A DNA stretch of 63,978 nucleotides, the filler included, from Collodictyon triciliatum (taxonomy: Eukaryota): NCBI GenBank assembly GCA_043381765.1. It is 4 parts of 4 records of this genome, joined end to end, with 100 filler letters (N's around TTAATTAATTAA, not from the genome) between each part and the next. Parts side by side here need not be neighbours in the genome. Positions count along the whole stretch, not along the records: positions 25,453 to 50,771 come from JBHJMP010001053.1; positions 50,872 to 59,849 come from JBHJMP010001061.1; 2 more parts are not named here. One strand, 5' to 3'. Below the pieces are notes generated by a model. The model had not been told where the DNA came from, searched no databases, and was given only the letters and a program-made list of their open reading frames with translations. This document shows positions 30,518 through 50,914 of this stretch, piece by piece; the first letter of the stretch is position 1, and each line of letters opens with the position of its first letter. The position numbers were made by a program, and so were the translations under genes.

Positions 30518-32864
30518 ATGCACAGCTTCTTCAAAAAGATCTGCTATGCCATTGCTTTTGTTGCGTGTATTCGTTTCTCTTCCGCTAGTCTGTTGGAGTT
30601 TGGAAATCAATTTGATAGACTCAAGGACAAGCAGTATGATTCTCGTACTTGCTTCAACTCGTCTGCTGTCTCTTTACTGACAGAGTTTATCAACATTCCT
30701 TCTCTGAGTGGAGAAGAGTTGCTTTTCTCCAATGCGCTTGAGGTAAAAAAAATTATTTTTTTTACATTCTATAGCATTTTATTGATACGATTTCATCTTT
30801 AATCAAATAGCATACTGTGCATAAAGCAAAATCATTTTCCACATATCGAGTAAAGGGATAGAAGAAAAAATATGACATGGTCAAGTTTTATGTAACAACG
30901 AAAAAAATTATACACACGTATGTATATTTAAAACAAGTCCTTTTTTATTTAAATCGATAAGGTGTGGTTTACTGAGCGTGGTTGGAAAGTTGTGAAACAA
31001 CAAGTTTCTGTCAACCGAAACAACATTTTTGTTAGTAGAGGCTCTTCGAGCAATCCTCGTCTTCTGTTTAGCTCTCACATGGATACTGTTCCTCCATTTA
31101 TACCAGCTTCAGTCACAGGGGATAAAGTCATTTGTTGTTCTATTTTGTCGATTCTTTGAAATACAAACCTTTTTTCTTTCCTTTATTCGATTCAAAGTGT
31201 AGCGAGGTTATGCTATATTGAAATACAAAACTTGGGAAACAAGTATAAGGAGTTGTAAATATATGCCATGCAGTTGAATCGATATTAAATACTTACTCCA
31301 AAGATAATGGGAAGAGGTGCTTGTGATGCAAAGGGAATCATCGTAGCTCAAATGCTAGCAGTTGATTATCTGGTTCAGAATAGATTGGTCCGTGATGAAG
31401 ACATCGGGTATTTTTTTTCTTTGTTTACTGCTTTCATTGTAGATTGCACCTTATATCTAGAATATATATATATATTACTTGAGATGTTTGTTTGACTGGT
31501 TCTTTATATCAAAATTGAAAAGATTCTTGTACGTTGTGGGAGAAGAAGTCGATGGTGCTGGCATGAAAAAGGCAAATGAGGTATTTGTCTTTGTCTTTAA
31601 CCATTTGATTTCATGGCTTAAAAATGGTATATTTCTGTTTACTGGTGTATATTTCAATGCCAATCATTTCAGAACTATATGATATGGACATTGTACCAGA
31701 GAAGTATTTTTTTTTAAAAATACTTTCACTTTTTTGTATAGCTCCAATTGACCCCATTCTATTTTGTCAACGGTGAGCCCACTGAATCGATCATGGCAGA
31801 GGGTCACAAGGTTTTTGATTTGCTTAAATTCTTTATAATATGAAATAGAACAAAATACATCAATCATAATCAGATATTTTCAATAAAGTTAAAACAATCA
31901 GAAAATTTCAAATGAATATGCATTTTATTAGGGTGGCTTGTCTTTTGTCTTAAATACCACAGGCGTGGCTGGTCATTCAGGCTATCCAGAGTCTGGTATT
32001 TCAGCCATATCCCCGATGCTGGATATATTGCAGGACTTGGAGAACGAGGTTGTCTTTCTATTTTAAAATGATGCTTTTTTATATATATATATTGTTGTAT
32101 ATATTATCTTATATATGAAAGACTGTGGTGAACATATCTAGACAGTAAAAAGATTTTTTTTTGAAAAATAAAAGAACTTTTTTTCTATTACTTTCAATGC
32201 TTTCAGGAATGGCCTATAGATCCTTTCTTTGGCCCTACAACGCTAAACATTGGTAAGATCGTAGCAGGAGTTGCAAGCAATGTAATTCCTGACTATGCGT
32301 CTGCTAATATTATGATCAGAATAACGACTTCAACAACAGAAATATTGGACAGAGTACTTGATATAGTGGGATCAAGGTTGCTTTTCTTTTATAACCTATG
32401 AATTGGACAGGATTCTGTTTTGCATTCTTTTTTTTTTGAGTTCGATTTCTTGGATGAACTCGGTATTTATCATTTCATAAATACATCAAGAGGGAAGGTC
32501 TACGTCGTCAATAGAAAGGAGCCGATTTATTGCAGTGTCATCCGTGGATATCCAAGCGCTGTTATGTCTTATGGAACCGATATCCCTTACTTTCAACACA
32601 ACGGATTGGTATGTGTCTTTGGTTTTTTTTATCGACACTGATTCTATCCATTCTATGGTATATGTGTGTATGTTTTTTTTGTAAAACAGGAGATATACAC
32701 ACTTGAATTTCATGTTTAAGAGAGAAAATATAATGCAGAAATATCTCTATGGGCCTGGTTCTATCTTGGTGGCTCATAGCGAGAACGAGTACATGAATAT
32801 CAATGATTTGCTTTCTGATATTGAAAAGTACAAAGACATTGCACTACGTTTGCTCTACGAATGA
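30518..32864 (+). CDS. M20 family metallopeptidase (ArgE/DapE-like) with signal peptide
   Basis: Spliced motifs SSHMDTVPP, GRGACDAKG, VVGEEVD, NGEPT, GHSGYPE, TTLNIG, GTD and YGPGS..AHSENE. Hydrophobic N-terminus. TGA at 32864. Confidence 0.92.
31172..31217 (-). mobile_element. 46-bp family A insertion with hairpin and 16-bp TSD (1 mismatch)
   Basis: TTGAAATACAAA(C/A)CTT at 31156-31171 and 31218-31233 flanks TTTTCTTTCCTTTATTCGATTCAAAGTGTAGCGAGGTTATGCTATA, inside an M20 intron. Confidence 0.85.
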
Positions 32865-33250
32865 ATAAGAGGTTCTCGGCCCCAACTCTCATATCTAATA
32901 AAAAGATATGCACCAAAATATGATCGAATGGAGGAAAATACACGATTCTGTGATTAGTGGTTTAATAGGCAGATTTATATTTCTATCTCTATGGCCTCAA
33001 TTGAGTGAGAATATTCATCTGAGATCTGAACGACTGGATTTGTGGAATGGAACGTTTATTTCTATTTTAATAGAATAGAATATAGTTTGTATATAGCCAA
33101 ACCAAACAGAAAGACAACATCTCTATAGACATATAAATTGAAAGCAACTATCTATACATATATATCCTGGACGATTTAATTTCATAGATAGAATGGTTTA
33201 TATCTATACATGTTTTATATCCATTAGTATATCTCTATGTCTCTATTTAT

Positions 33251-33409
33251 CTGTGTCTGTATGTCTGTATGTCTGTATGTCTGTGTGTCTGTATGTCTGT
33301 ATGTCTGTATGTCTGTATGTCTGTATGTCTGTATGTCTGTATGTCTGTATGTCTGTATGTCTGTATGTCTGTATGTCTGTATGTCTGTATGTCTGTATGT
33401 CTGTATGTC
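33251..33409. repeat. (TATGTCTG)n microsatellite
   Basis: Visible array between convergent genes. Confidence 0.95.
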
Positions 33410-33628
33410 TATCATCATATCACTATATTTTGAAACATTTAATCCGATTTTTTATCCACATTTAATCCAATTTTTTTACAATATATCTTTATGTGTTGCA
33501 TATTATTACAGGTAGGATATTATAGTCTTTTCTGCCTTTTATTTCAGCATATCATAATATATTAAAAATGAGCAGTATATATTTTTTGAGCAACTCTGTT
33601 TTATTGTTTGGATATGTAAAGAGGAGGA

Positions 33629-36600
33629 TCAAATCGACAAAAGCCCATCCTCTATTGACGAAAAGGATGGCCTTTTGGTGGGCTCGGGATTCCAGCAGTC
33701 CTTGATGATTTTTGCCAACGACGGATGTACGTCTGATGGGATCGTTGGTCGGATTCCATTGATAACTTCTAAAGCGAGCTTGTATGGGTCTATGCTTTCA
33801 TATGGCTTCTTTCTTGTGCAGACTTCCCAAGACAAAATCGAGAAGCTGTACACATCCGCTGATTCGTTGTACTTTAATCCTTTCAGAACCTGGTTTGAAG
33901 TAATCATGAATCACAATTTGATTTCTTTTAGACAACAGAACGGGGCAGAAAACCAGGGCAATTTTATTTATTCATATATCACTTTTTACTTTCTTTTTTT
34001 TTCGTTCTTATTTTCTTTCTGTCCTTTTTTAAGGTCATACCTCGGGAGCTATCCATGCCTTTGTACCACATTTTGTCATGGTCTGGTTGTTTGCTTTCAC
34101 TTTGGCCAGTCCAAAATCTGCAATCTTGACTACTATTGGGTCGTCTTGGAAGATCTGAATTCATATTTTTCTTACTAGTTTGAATAGTAAAACATACTTG
34201 ACATACATATCGGTAACACATATATAGTTTATTGCATAGAGAAAAACTGGAATGATTTATAGTACCAGAACATTATCACTTTTCAAGTCTCTGTGGAAAA
34301 TGGGTCTTTCTCTTGAGTGCAGATAGCGCATGGCACTTGATACGTGCAGTAATATAGTCTTTTGTTTATCCAAGTTCATAATGTTCTGAATCCAAAAACC
34401 ATTTATGAATTAGAATGTGTATGTAACATATGATTTCAATGTAATATTGTCCTTTTTGTCGCATATAGGTTCTCACTGCTTTGTTCTCTAGATATTTTGA
34501 CAGATTGCCGAATGCTGCGTACTCTAGAACTATGCAAAGGTTGGGCTGTTCCAGGCATACGCCGTGAAATTGTATAATGTGCTCGTGCCGGAAGTCTCTG
34601 TTTTTTTTTGTAAAAAAAAATTATTCAAGCAAGAGCAAAAAAAAAAATGGATGTCTGAGTGCATATCACAATCACAGATTAGATCAATATCAAGGAGGCT
34701 ATATAACAGAATTACAGGTCTGCCAATAAAGAAATTCATTTTTTTTTAAAATTCTTATATGCTCTTTTATTTTTATAAAAATGATTACTTTATCGTCAAG
34801 ACCTCTGACATTAAAGAATACAGCTGCTGCTCTGGCATCTTTTGGCGGATGAATTTCTTTACAGCTACCTGCTTCTCTCCAATACTTCCCAAATACACAG
34901 TTCCATAAGAACCTGAACCAAGTTCCTTTGTGCTGATTTTGATATCTTCATATCTTATTTGATATGAATCCTGATATCGTGAACATAAATTCGTCAGCGA
35001 GTATAGATTTTTTTTTCCTGTTTCTGTCAACTTTGCTGTAGCATTCGTATCTCATTTTCAAGTATGTGGTTCATGTAATTGATTGTAACCTCATTATTTG
35101 TATCAGTATCTGGATTCTTCAAATCAATCATTTGATTGCAAGATTGATTCAGCTCATCTGAAAAGTATTGGACCCTCTCCTTCAAAAGTTCCGATGTTAT
35201 CTTTTTTTTTTCCAGTGGAGAGTGAACGCAGTTGATGTTTAGTAAGTCATTTTTGTTTGAAAAAAAATTACACAGCCTTTTCGATAATGTTTCATTCTAT
35301 TGTTATTTCTTTAATCATATATTTCATCCGTTTTCATTAAATAAGAGAAGCTAGAGTGTAATAATAAAATTAAAATCAATCCAATAACCTCGTAAAGGTG
35401 CTCCGGAGCATCCAGTCCCTTCATTTCATGATGTCCGAGATCTCTTACGACCACATTGCCCAGTGTGTTCAATTCGTTGTAAATGGCCTTAACATACCAG
35501 TAGTGTTTTTTTCTTCTTCAATTATTTGATGCAAAAATAATAAACAAGATCTTTGTAGTTTTATTGCCTTAAGGTTTGTATTTTGAACAAAATATTTATC
35601 AAGTATGTTTTTTTATATCGTCAAATAAGTACACTCGTGGAGGTTTTTTTACTTGCTTTTTTAATATTTTATGATTTTTTTCTAAATAGACATACGTTAT
35701 ATACAGCTTCTCCGATTACCACTTGGCCACCTTTTGGATATGATCCTATGCGCGCAGCTGTATTTACGACGGGTCCATAATAATCCATTCTTCCGGTAAC
35801 TGGGTCTTCTCTGCATAGAGGCGCACCTGTATGGATACCCTAGTAGATTATTTTTTTTGTATAAAGTAAGTCGATGAGCCGCGGGGTATGTCTAGAATGT
35901 TAGAATATATATTTATTTGCTATGATGACAATCAATCAACAACAGTAAATCAAACCATTCTGACTCGTATTCCTCTGAAAAGCAATCCTTTGTTTGTTTT
36001 GACAACTGATGTGGACGGATGAGTCAATATTTTTGAGGGCCAGTCGGCTAAAAGAAGCATCTCTTGGGCTTGTAAGGCAAACTTGACAGCATTGAAAATA
36101 GAGTCAAAGGCTATCATGAAAGCATCTCCTTCGGTTTTGACTTCATATCCCTGAGTCGGTATATTTAATATTTTAATACAAATAAATTTATACAGAGTTG
36201 TTATTTTATTCACAATTTATTATTTTTCATATGTGTATGATGATAATCAAAAAAAACATGGTGTGCAAAATACATAATGCGTGTTTTAAATGAAAGTGCA
36301 CCTTGTTTCTTCGAATGACATCCCTCATTGTGTCGTTGTGCATGTTTAATACATCAATCATATCTTCCGGGAACTTCCCCCATAGTGAGGTAGAGCTTTG
36401 TATGTCGGTGAATATAAGGGCGATTCTTCCTGTAGGTGGAACTTCCTTTGTTTTACTGTTCTTTTTTGTGTTTATCATTGAGCCTGAGCTAAAGGACGCA
36501 GAAGCCGATTCGTTTCTTTTGATGTTGATTTGGTTTGTTATTTCACTAAAGTTGGGTCTGTCTTTGGGGTTTTGAGCCCAACACTTCTGAGCTAGGGTCT

Positions 36601-39600
36601 TTAGTTCCGGTATGTCATCATGTTCTGGAAGAAACGTTGGTCGCAGATGTCCTTCTTGGACTCTGTAAATGACAGATTCAGCAATCTCACCCTAATTCAA
36701 AGAGAGAGAGAGAGAAAAAAACAATAGCAAACAGTCAAGCTTTAAGATAATCAGTTTACATGTCATTTTTCAAATATAATGGTTCTTGTTTTTTCTTTCT
36801 ATTGGTGAAATTAAAAATACCGAATAAAGTTCCTGCCGACAAATGATCTCCCATATTATGATTCCGAAGCTGTAAACATCAGATTTGATAGTATATTCTT
36901 CCCCTCTGATTACTTCCGGTGCCATCCAAAGGAGAGTGCCTGGCGGAACAGAGTCTTTTTTGATATTTGTTTGGACCCCGCTCAATCCAAAATCGCTGCC
37001 AAATAGAAAAATGTACATTATTTAATTGCTTTTTCTTATCAAAGTTTATTATACATAACATCAAACTATTGGTTCAGATTTGACCCTTGTTTCCTTTTTT
37101 TTTGTAAAATATAGTAACAGAACCTGATTTTGCAGTTCAGTCTTTCATCGAGCTATATTGTTTTGAGTTGAGAGTGTTTATAAAAGTATTGGAATGTTAC
37201 ATGTGATATTATTTTTAATATCATAAAATAAAGTTAGGGTAAAGACAAAAACCCAGAAAATAAAATTACAAGTAGATTTGGACTCTTCAGATCTCTGTGA
37301 AGTATCGAGGGGTTGGACAAATGAAGGTACTGTAGTCCTTTTTTTCCCGTTTGTGTCGACATCGAATTTTAAAAATATTATTATTGTATTGATTAACATT
37401 GTGAGCAAGACAGAAATCGAAACCTTGTTCAAATCGAGCAGAAGGTTACGAAATAAAGTAATCGAGGCTTTCAAAACTAACCCTTTGCAGCATCACTGAC
37501 AAACGAATATTTCATGGCCTCGTCAAGTTCAACAGAAGAATTATGAATAATCTGCACAATATAAATTTCAATAATTCAATCATACTATATTTTTTTATAA
37601 AAAAAATCATGTATGTTCATCTCCTTTTAAATCGACCGCCTTACATCATAAAGACTCCCATGAACCATGAACTCGGATACAATACACAAAAACTTTGGAT
37701 CTATACACGCTGCCATGAAAAGGACAATATTTGGATGTCTCAGTTCTCTGTGATCCATAATTAACAAAATAATTAATCCTTATAGTGTAAGATAAATATT
37801 GCTTGATGGCATAGTTATTAGAGTAATCAATTGAGTTACCCAATGGGTGTAGTATATGTCATTCAAAAAAATATTTCGTTTTTTTTTTGAAATTGTTTTT
37901 ACTTACACCATAACACTGACTTCAGCTTCGAATTCTTGGATAGCTGCTTTTGTGATGTTCTTGTTCAGGAGCTTTTTAATAGCCACGTCGGTGCCTCTCC
38001 ATGTCCCTTTGAATACCTGTTGTTATAATACGAAAGACATGAATTATACTTTATTTCAGAGTTTATGTATATTTGTAAGATGGGGAGGAATTTCGTGTTT
38101 GGGTGCGGAAGATATAATGATTGGTTAAAGGGGTTTTATTTGAAAAAATTGTTGTTTCTTTTTTGAAAACACAAACCTCTCCAAATCCACCCGATCCCAA
38201 TAATTTACCATAAACAAGCTCATTGTGATCAATGACACCATAAAGCTTCTTTTCTGCATCTTTCATTTTTTTTATGATTTTCTTTCGATATATAACAAAC
38301 ACTGAAAGGAAAATAATAATCAAAGCTCCGATAACTCCTCCAACGACGGAAATATACGGAAATTCCTTTGAATTCGCATCTGTATTTTTTTTAAGAATTA
38401 AAATGAAAACTCGGATTTATTTCATACAAGTATAAATAATATATATCAAACCCATGCAACATACCCTTTTCGCAGATTTCCTAAATAATTATACAGTTAC
38501 AACATTTTTCCGAAACTGATATTAAATTCTATGCAAATTTTTACGTTATGGTTTTATGCAGTATATACCTGGCTCTGTTTGTATCCTGTGCTACAGATAC
38601 AAGTTTGGAGGATGACATCCAGATATGAATGATCAGGACATTCTTTGATTTATAAATTAAAATGTAATTTTTAAAAAAAAAACCTGTCAATTATATAATA
38701 TATTCAAAAAATAAGTTTGAATTCCATTGAAAATAATAAAATGATTACGTGCATGTTTTATCAGAAACCCTTCACAACCAGAACAAGGCACGTCCTTGTT
38801 TTCTTTGCTTTTATAGGTAACAAATCTAATTTTAAACCCTTTGGGTGAATGGTATACATTTCCCTTGGAATTTTCATATTCTTTAAGATCGTCTCCTGTA
38901 TCTAGCGAAGATATCTCAAACCTTTTTTTTTAAAAAAAAATTGTTTTAAAGTTTAGTAGTGTGCGTTTGATGAAGCTGTTATGCGGATCACAGCAACTTA
39001 CAAATCAATATCCCTTATTTTCAAGGTAATGTGGACAAATGTAGCATCTTCTAAAATCCATGTACAGTTTGTATTTGTTAAATACATAGAATCGCCACTA
39101 CCATCATCAAACTGAGAAACAATAAAACTACTCTTGATTTTTGTTGGAACAGGAGAACAGAATCCTAGGTTTTTTTTTGGTTTTTAATCAGTATTTTAAA
39201 ATCATCCTATGTACATTATTAAACAAAGAAATAATTATTTCGTTTATCTCTATAAATACCTGGTTTATGTATAACCACTTGGTTTGTTCTGGAATAGTCA
39301 TTCTTTCCTCCAAAGAAAACCATGGTATCATTAAATACATCTCCGTTGTTTTTTGAAATCGATTGATATCCGATAATTTCGTTTGAATTGTATAGTACAG
39401 ACTCTCGGTTGTGGTCTAATTTATTGATATGTTACACTCCATTTGGTTTTATACAATAGAAATATGATCAAACGAGATGAAATTGAAAATATCGGCTTAA
39501 TTAGAAATTTTCACTTGATAAATAAATTACTGATTTGAATCATCTTAGAAATCGGTATTCCGGAAATTCCATCAAATCCAAACAATATATTATATTCTCC

Positions 39601-41276
39601 AAAGAAGGAACATAAACTAGGTGACATTTGAACACTTGTATCGTTACTGTTGTAAATGAACATGTTCCATTTGTTTTCACCTGAATTAATACAGGGTTTA
39701 AAACATGTATATGATGTGGTAACAAAAAAAAAAGGATGGTCCGGTTAATGCAATGCTTTTTTTACTTATAATGTAAGTCCATGTATCATATAGATTATTC
39801 CCAGAAAAATCAACGCCTCCGGACATTAATATTTTGTCATATCCCATTGTACACATTGTATGTGACATTCTTTTTTTCTACGGTGTTTTTTTTTTTGTAT
39901 TTTAGCTTTTCATTGAAATGAAATTTGTAAGAAATTTATGTTATATGAAAATTTGAAGTACAGGTATTAGTCCTCCAATATCATCGGATATCAAATCCTT
40001 ATTTTGTGTTTCAAAGAGCATCATGGCAGAGTAGAATTCCTTTTTGTCTGTTCCCGATATAATCTTTGAAATAAAAGTTTATTAATTTGGCAAATTGTAA
40101 TTAATATCGACAAGATTAGTATTGAAATTCATGTGTTTATATAAAACCTTTCCTCCCCACATGTATAAAATGTCCCCAATCTGAACAAGGCCTAGTCCAT
40201 CCCGAAGGAAAGGTCTTTGAAAAGTTGACACTTTTATTTCATATTCTTCTTGATTCCAATTTAGAGTATCTATTACAGAAGTATTAAACCTCTTGGTAAG
40301 CGAATCAAAGCCACAATATTTATCATCTTACACGAATCGATACAGAGATTGAATAAATATTATAACTAGGGTAGTTTTTTTTAAATAATACATTAATTTT
40401 GTGATACCTAAATCGAATGTCCACAACATTTCTGCTGATGATCTGATTTTTGTTTTTCCTCCAATAACATAAATCTTATTTAAATAGACCGAAACAGAAG
40501 CACTTGACCTTGGTGGTACCCCGACTTCAGATTCAATAGATAAGCATTCCCATTCCTGTTTGACTATTTTTTTTTATAAAATAATCAATAAATGGCTTTA
40601 TTTTTCATTCATTCTATAATAATAACAATGATAATACATTTTATAAATTAAATGTACAATTTAATATCTACATGTGATTTTTTTTTCGAATAAAGGGTTA
40701 GTACTTATGTCAAATGTCCAAAGGTCGTTTAGCAATAATTCCTCGAGATATTCAGTGGCTCCGCCAAAGACAATAAATGTATAATTATTTAACTTGGAAA
40801 AGGAGGGATCCGTTCTGTGCAAAGGTGAAATTCTGATGGATGTATCCGACCAGGTTTGAAGTTCTAATGACATGTTCATTTTTTTTAATTATGCCAAAAT
40901 TTTCTAGTTTTAATAATATTTGATATTATTTGTGAAAATAAAAGTGTTACTTGTGTCCCAAGTCCATACATCATTTCCTACAATATTACTAGAACTCGAT
41001 CCTCCAATTATCAGTATTGATGAACTTTGAGTAATTTGCGCTGCTCCGTACTTTGGAGGTGGAAATGAAATTGGTAAGTTTGGATTCTTGAGACCATAAT
41101 TCATTCTGAAGTCAACTTGAAAATTATCTAGTTTTGGGTAAATTCATTAATAATAACAATAACAGTAACAATAAAAATAAAAAAATACAAATACAAATAA
41201 CAATAACAATAACAATAACAATAACAATAACAATAACAATAACAATAACAATAACAATAATAATAATAATAAAAAC

Positions 41277-41346
<70 letters not shown>

Positions 41347-42340
41347 TTACCAAGATTTAGAACAATCAAATCTTGTAGAACCTCTCCTTCTCTTTGACCT
41401 CCGAATATATGGAGTTCATTTTCATACAATCCAAAGGAAAACAACTGCCTAGAAAAATCACATATTCCCCCTTCTTCGTTGCAAAGAATACATTCATTTA
41501 ATGAAACAAATGAATTAAAAATCTCCGATTCCTCTTTCCCTAGAATAAACGGTAAATATCAGTTTCCTTTCATATATTACACATATAAAAATGATAAATA
41601 ATTAGAAATAAAACATTACCATATTCAAAAAAGAAGACATTTCCGTTTTCTTTTATGCCGTTGAAACCTCCAAAAATAAAGACCTTGTCTTTGTACACAA
41701 TTATTGAAGAAAATGATAGCTTTGGAATAACCCCTTTCAGTTCCATTCTTTTCCAAATATCATCATCTATTTTAATTCGTTTATTTCTTATTCTTATGCA
41801 TTGATATTATAAATATTCAATATATAGTGAAAATGATCCCATTTATCATCAATCTTTAAAATATTCGAGAATGGTTTTCACCCATAGATAAAAACCTGGT
41901 CTATAAACATAAACCGATTCATCATAAATCTCGTCTCCCTAGTGATTAAAATTAAAAAAATATAATCAAATTTCAATACAGAACTATTAACAATCTTCAA
42001 TTGAGCTGGTTTCCTTAGCTTCGTTTTCTCTTGATAAACTGTTTAAGAGAAAACAAAAAAAAAACAATTTGGGAGATATAAATGTCATTTACATCCTTTC
42101 CTCCGTAAATAATGATTTCCTTTTCATATCTTGTGCAAGAAGAACCAGATCGATGGTAAGGATTTTCACTTATCCTTTTCCATGAATTGGAATCAGGAAA
42201 GAAATTGTATATATAATGATCTTTTCCTTTTGTTTCTCCTCCTATTAAAACTCCGTAATTGTCCATTCCAATCATACAAAAATGGACTCTCTCTGCAGGA
42301 TTATCTCCGCTGATGAAATATTTAGTCCATCTTGATTTTA
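33629..42340 (-). CDS. Receptor: kelch repeats - CUB-like - Cys-rich - TM - TKL kinase - class III cyclase - TKL kinase (5'-partial)
   Basis: Kelch GG..W repeats at 39770-42340. [19 protein letters not shown] at about 39050-39110. [27 protein letters not shown] at about 38285-38355. Kinase 1 has [21 protein letters not shown] and APE. Cyclase has [17 protein letters not shown] and [12 protein letters not shown]. Kinase 2 has [21 protein letters not shown] and APE. Confidence 0.92.
41148..41347. repeat. (AAT)n/(AACAAT)n microsatellite
   Basis: Visible intronic array. Confidence 0.95.
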
Positions 42341-42442
42341 CTAATACAATAGAATCGTTAACATTTTATTTCAAAAGTTGATTGATATTTTACAAAAGTA
42401 GATCGAATCAAAGATATAAAATAAAATCTTTTTGTTATATTT

Positions 42443-42601
42443 TATTATATTTTATTATATTATATTATATTATATTATATTATATTATATTATATTATAT
42501 TATANNNNNNNNNNNNNNNNNNNNNNNNNNNNNNNNNNNNNNNNNNNNNNNNNNNNNNATTATATTATATTATATTATATTATATTATATTATATTATAT
42601 T
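42443..42601. repeat. (TATAT)n array containing a 54-N gap (42505-42558)
   Basis: Visible array and gap. Confidence 0.95.
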
Positions 42602-42788
42602 GTGATTGTATTTGTTACTTTTCTATTTCGCTATTCATTACACTATTTTTTTTTGTCTGTAACTTGATGATGCTATGAATGCTTTTTTTAACCATGATTT
42701 AACCACTCCATAACCGTCCCAGTCATTCTCTTTCTGCGTCGATTTGTTGAATTGTTGTTTTTCCTCATTGTTTTATGTTAAAAAGTAG

Positions 42789-49954
<7,166 letters not shown>

Positions 49955-50592
49955 AACAATTTGTGGTATCACTTTCTTTGTCACACTTTTGAAGTATCTC
50001 CTACAATCAACATGGTGATTACCAAAGCTTTAGCTTTGAAAATCTCACATCCTTTCAACAAGAAAAATGAAAAGAAATCCAGAAAAAAAATTATGCTGCA
50101 AATCTTCACCTATATGGTTTATTTGTACAGAAATAAACAACTCAATTATTTTACCCCTCCTTACAAACCAGCCGACCATCCCCTTACAATTTCATCCTCC
50201 TGCTCTTTTACACAACCGCGAAAAAAAAAAGTCGTTGGCAACATGCATTTTTCTACATCGTAATATTTACTTGCCAGGGTTTTTTTTTTTTTTAAAAAAA
50301 AAATACAAAAAATAACAAAAAATAACCGTCACACACATCTCTCGCCACCCCACATCCAACACACCAGACTGCTACCAATGTTAAAGCTTGCAATTGCTAC
50401 TTGATTTACTCTCCATTCTACGCTCCTATGGTTCGGTTATGTCAAAAGTCAAAGAGCGAAAAAAGAAGCAAAGACAGAGAAGTAAAGAAAGCATTGGTCG
50501 ACTCCTCTGCCGAGTGAATGAAGACAATCAGAGTCTACTGCGGGCCAACCATCAAATCCCACCCAACTGGCGCATTGCTGCAGTTTCTCTCC

Positions 50593-50698
50593 TTAGGCGA
50601 CGAGGACAACAGCCCCGCGACCGGGATAGTCGCCCTCGGCCAAAGGCGCACCCACAACGACGCCGGAGCTGAAGATGGCCATGTCAAATCCAAACGCG
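50593..50698 (-). CDS. Last exon of an FG-GAP (integrin-alpha beta-propeller) repeat protein
   Basis: After a CAG acceptor it reads AFGFDMAIFSSGVVVGAPLAEGDYPGRGAVVLVA*, matching FG...VVGAP...GAV. Confidence 0.65.
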
Positions 50699-50771
50699 CT
50701 GTTTGGAGGCAGAAAGTTAGAAGCGACGTTGCGCGTGGCGGAGTACGAGACTCTGTTTGGACGCGACTTGT

Positions 50772-50871
50772 NNNNNNNNNNNNNNNNNNNNNNNNNNNNN
50801 NNNNNNNNNNNNNNNTTAATTAATTAANNNNNNNNNNNNNNNNNNNNNNNNNNNNNNNNNNNNNNNNNNNN
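50772..50871. other. Artificial contig linker
   Basis: 44 N + TTAATTAATTAA + 44 N. Confidence 0.95.
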
Positions 50872-50914
50872 TAATTATTGGGTTTTTTTTTTTTTTTTTT
50901 TGGAGATGATTCAC

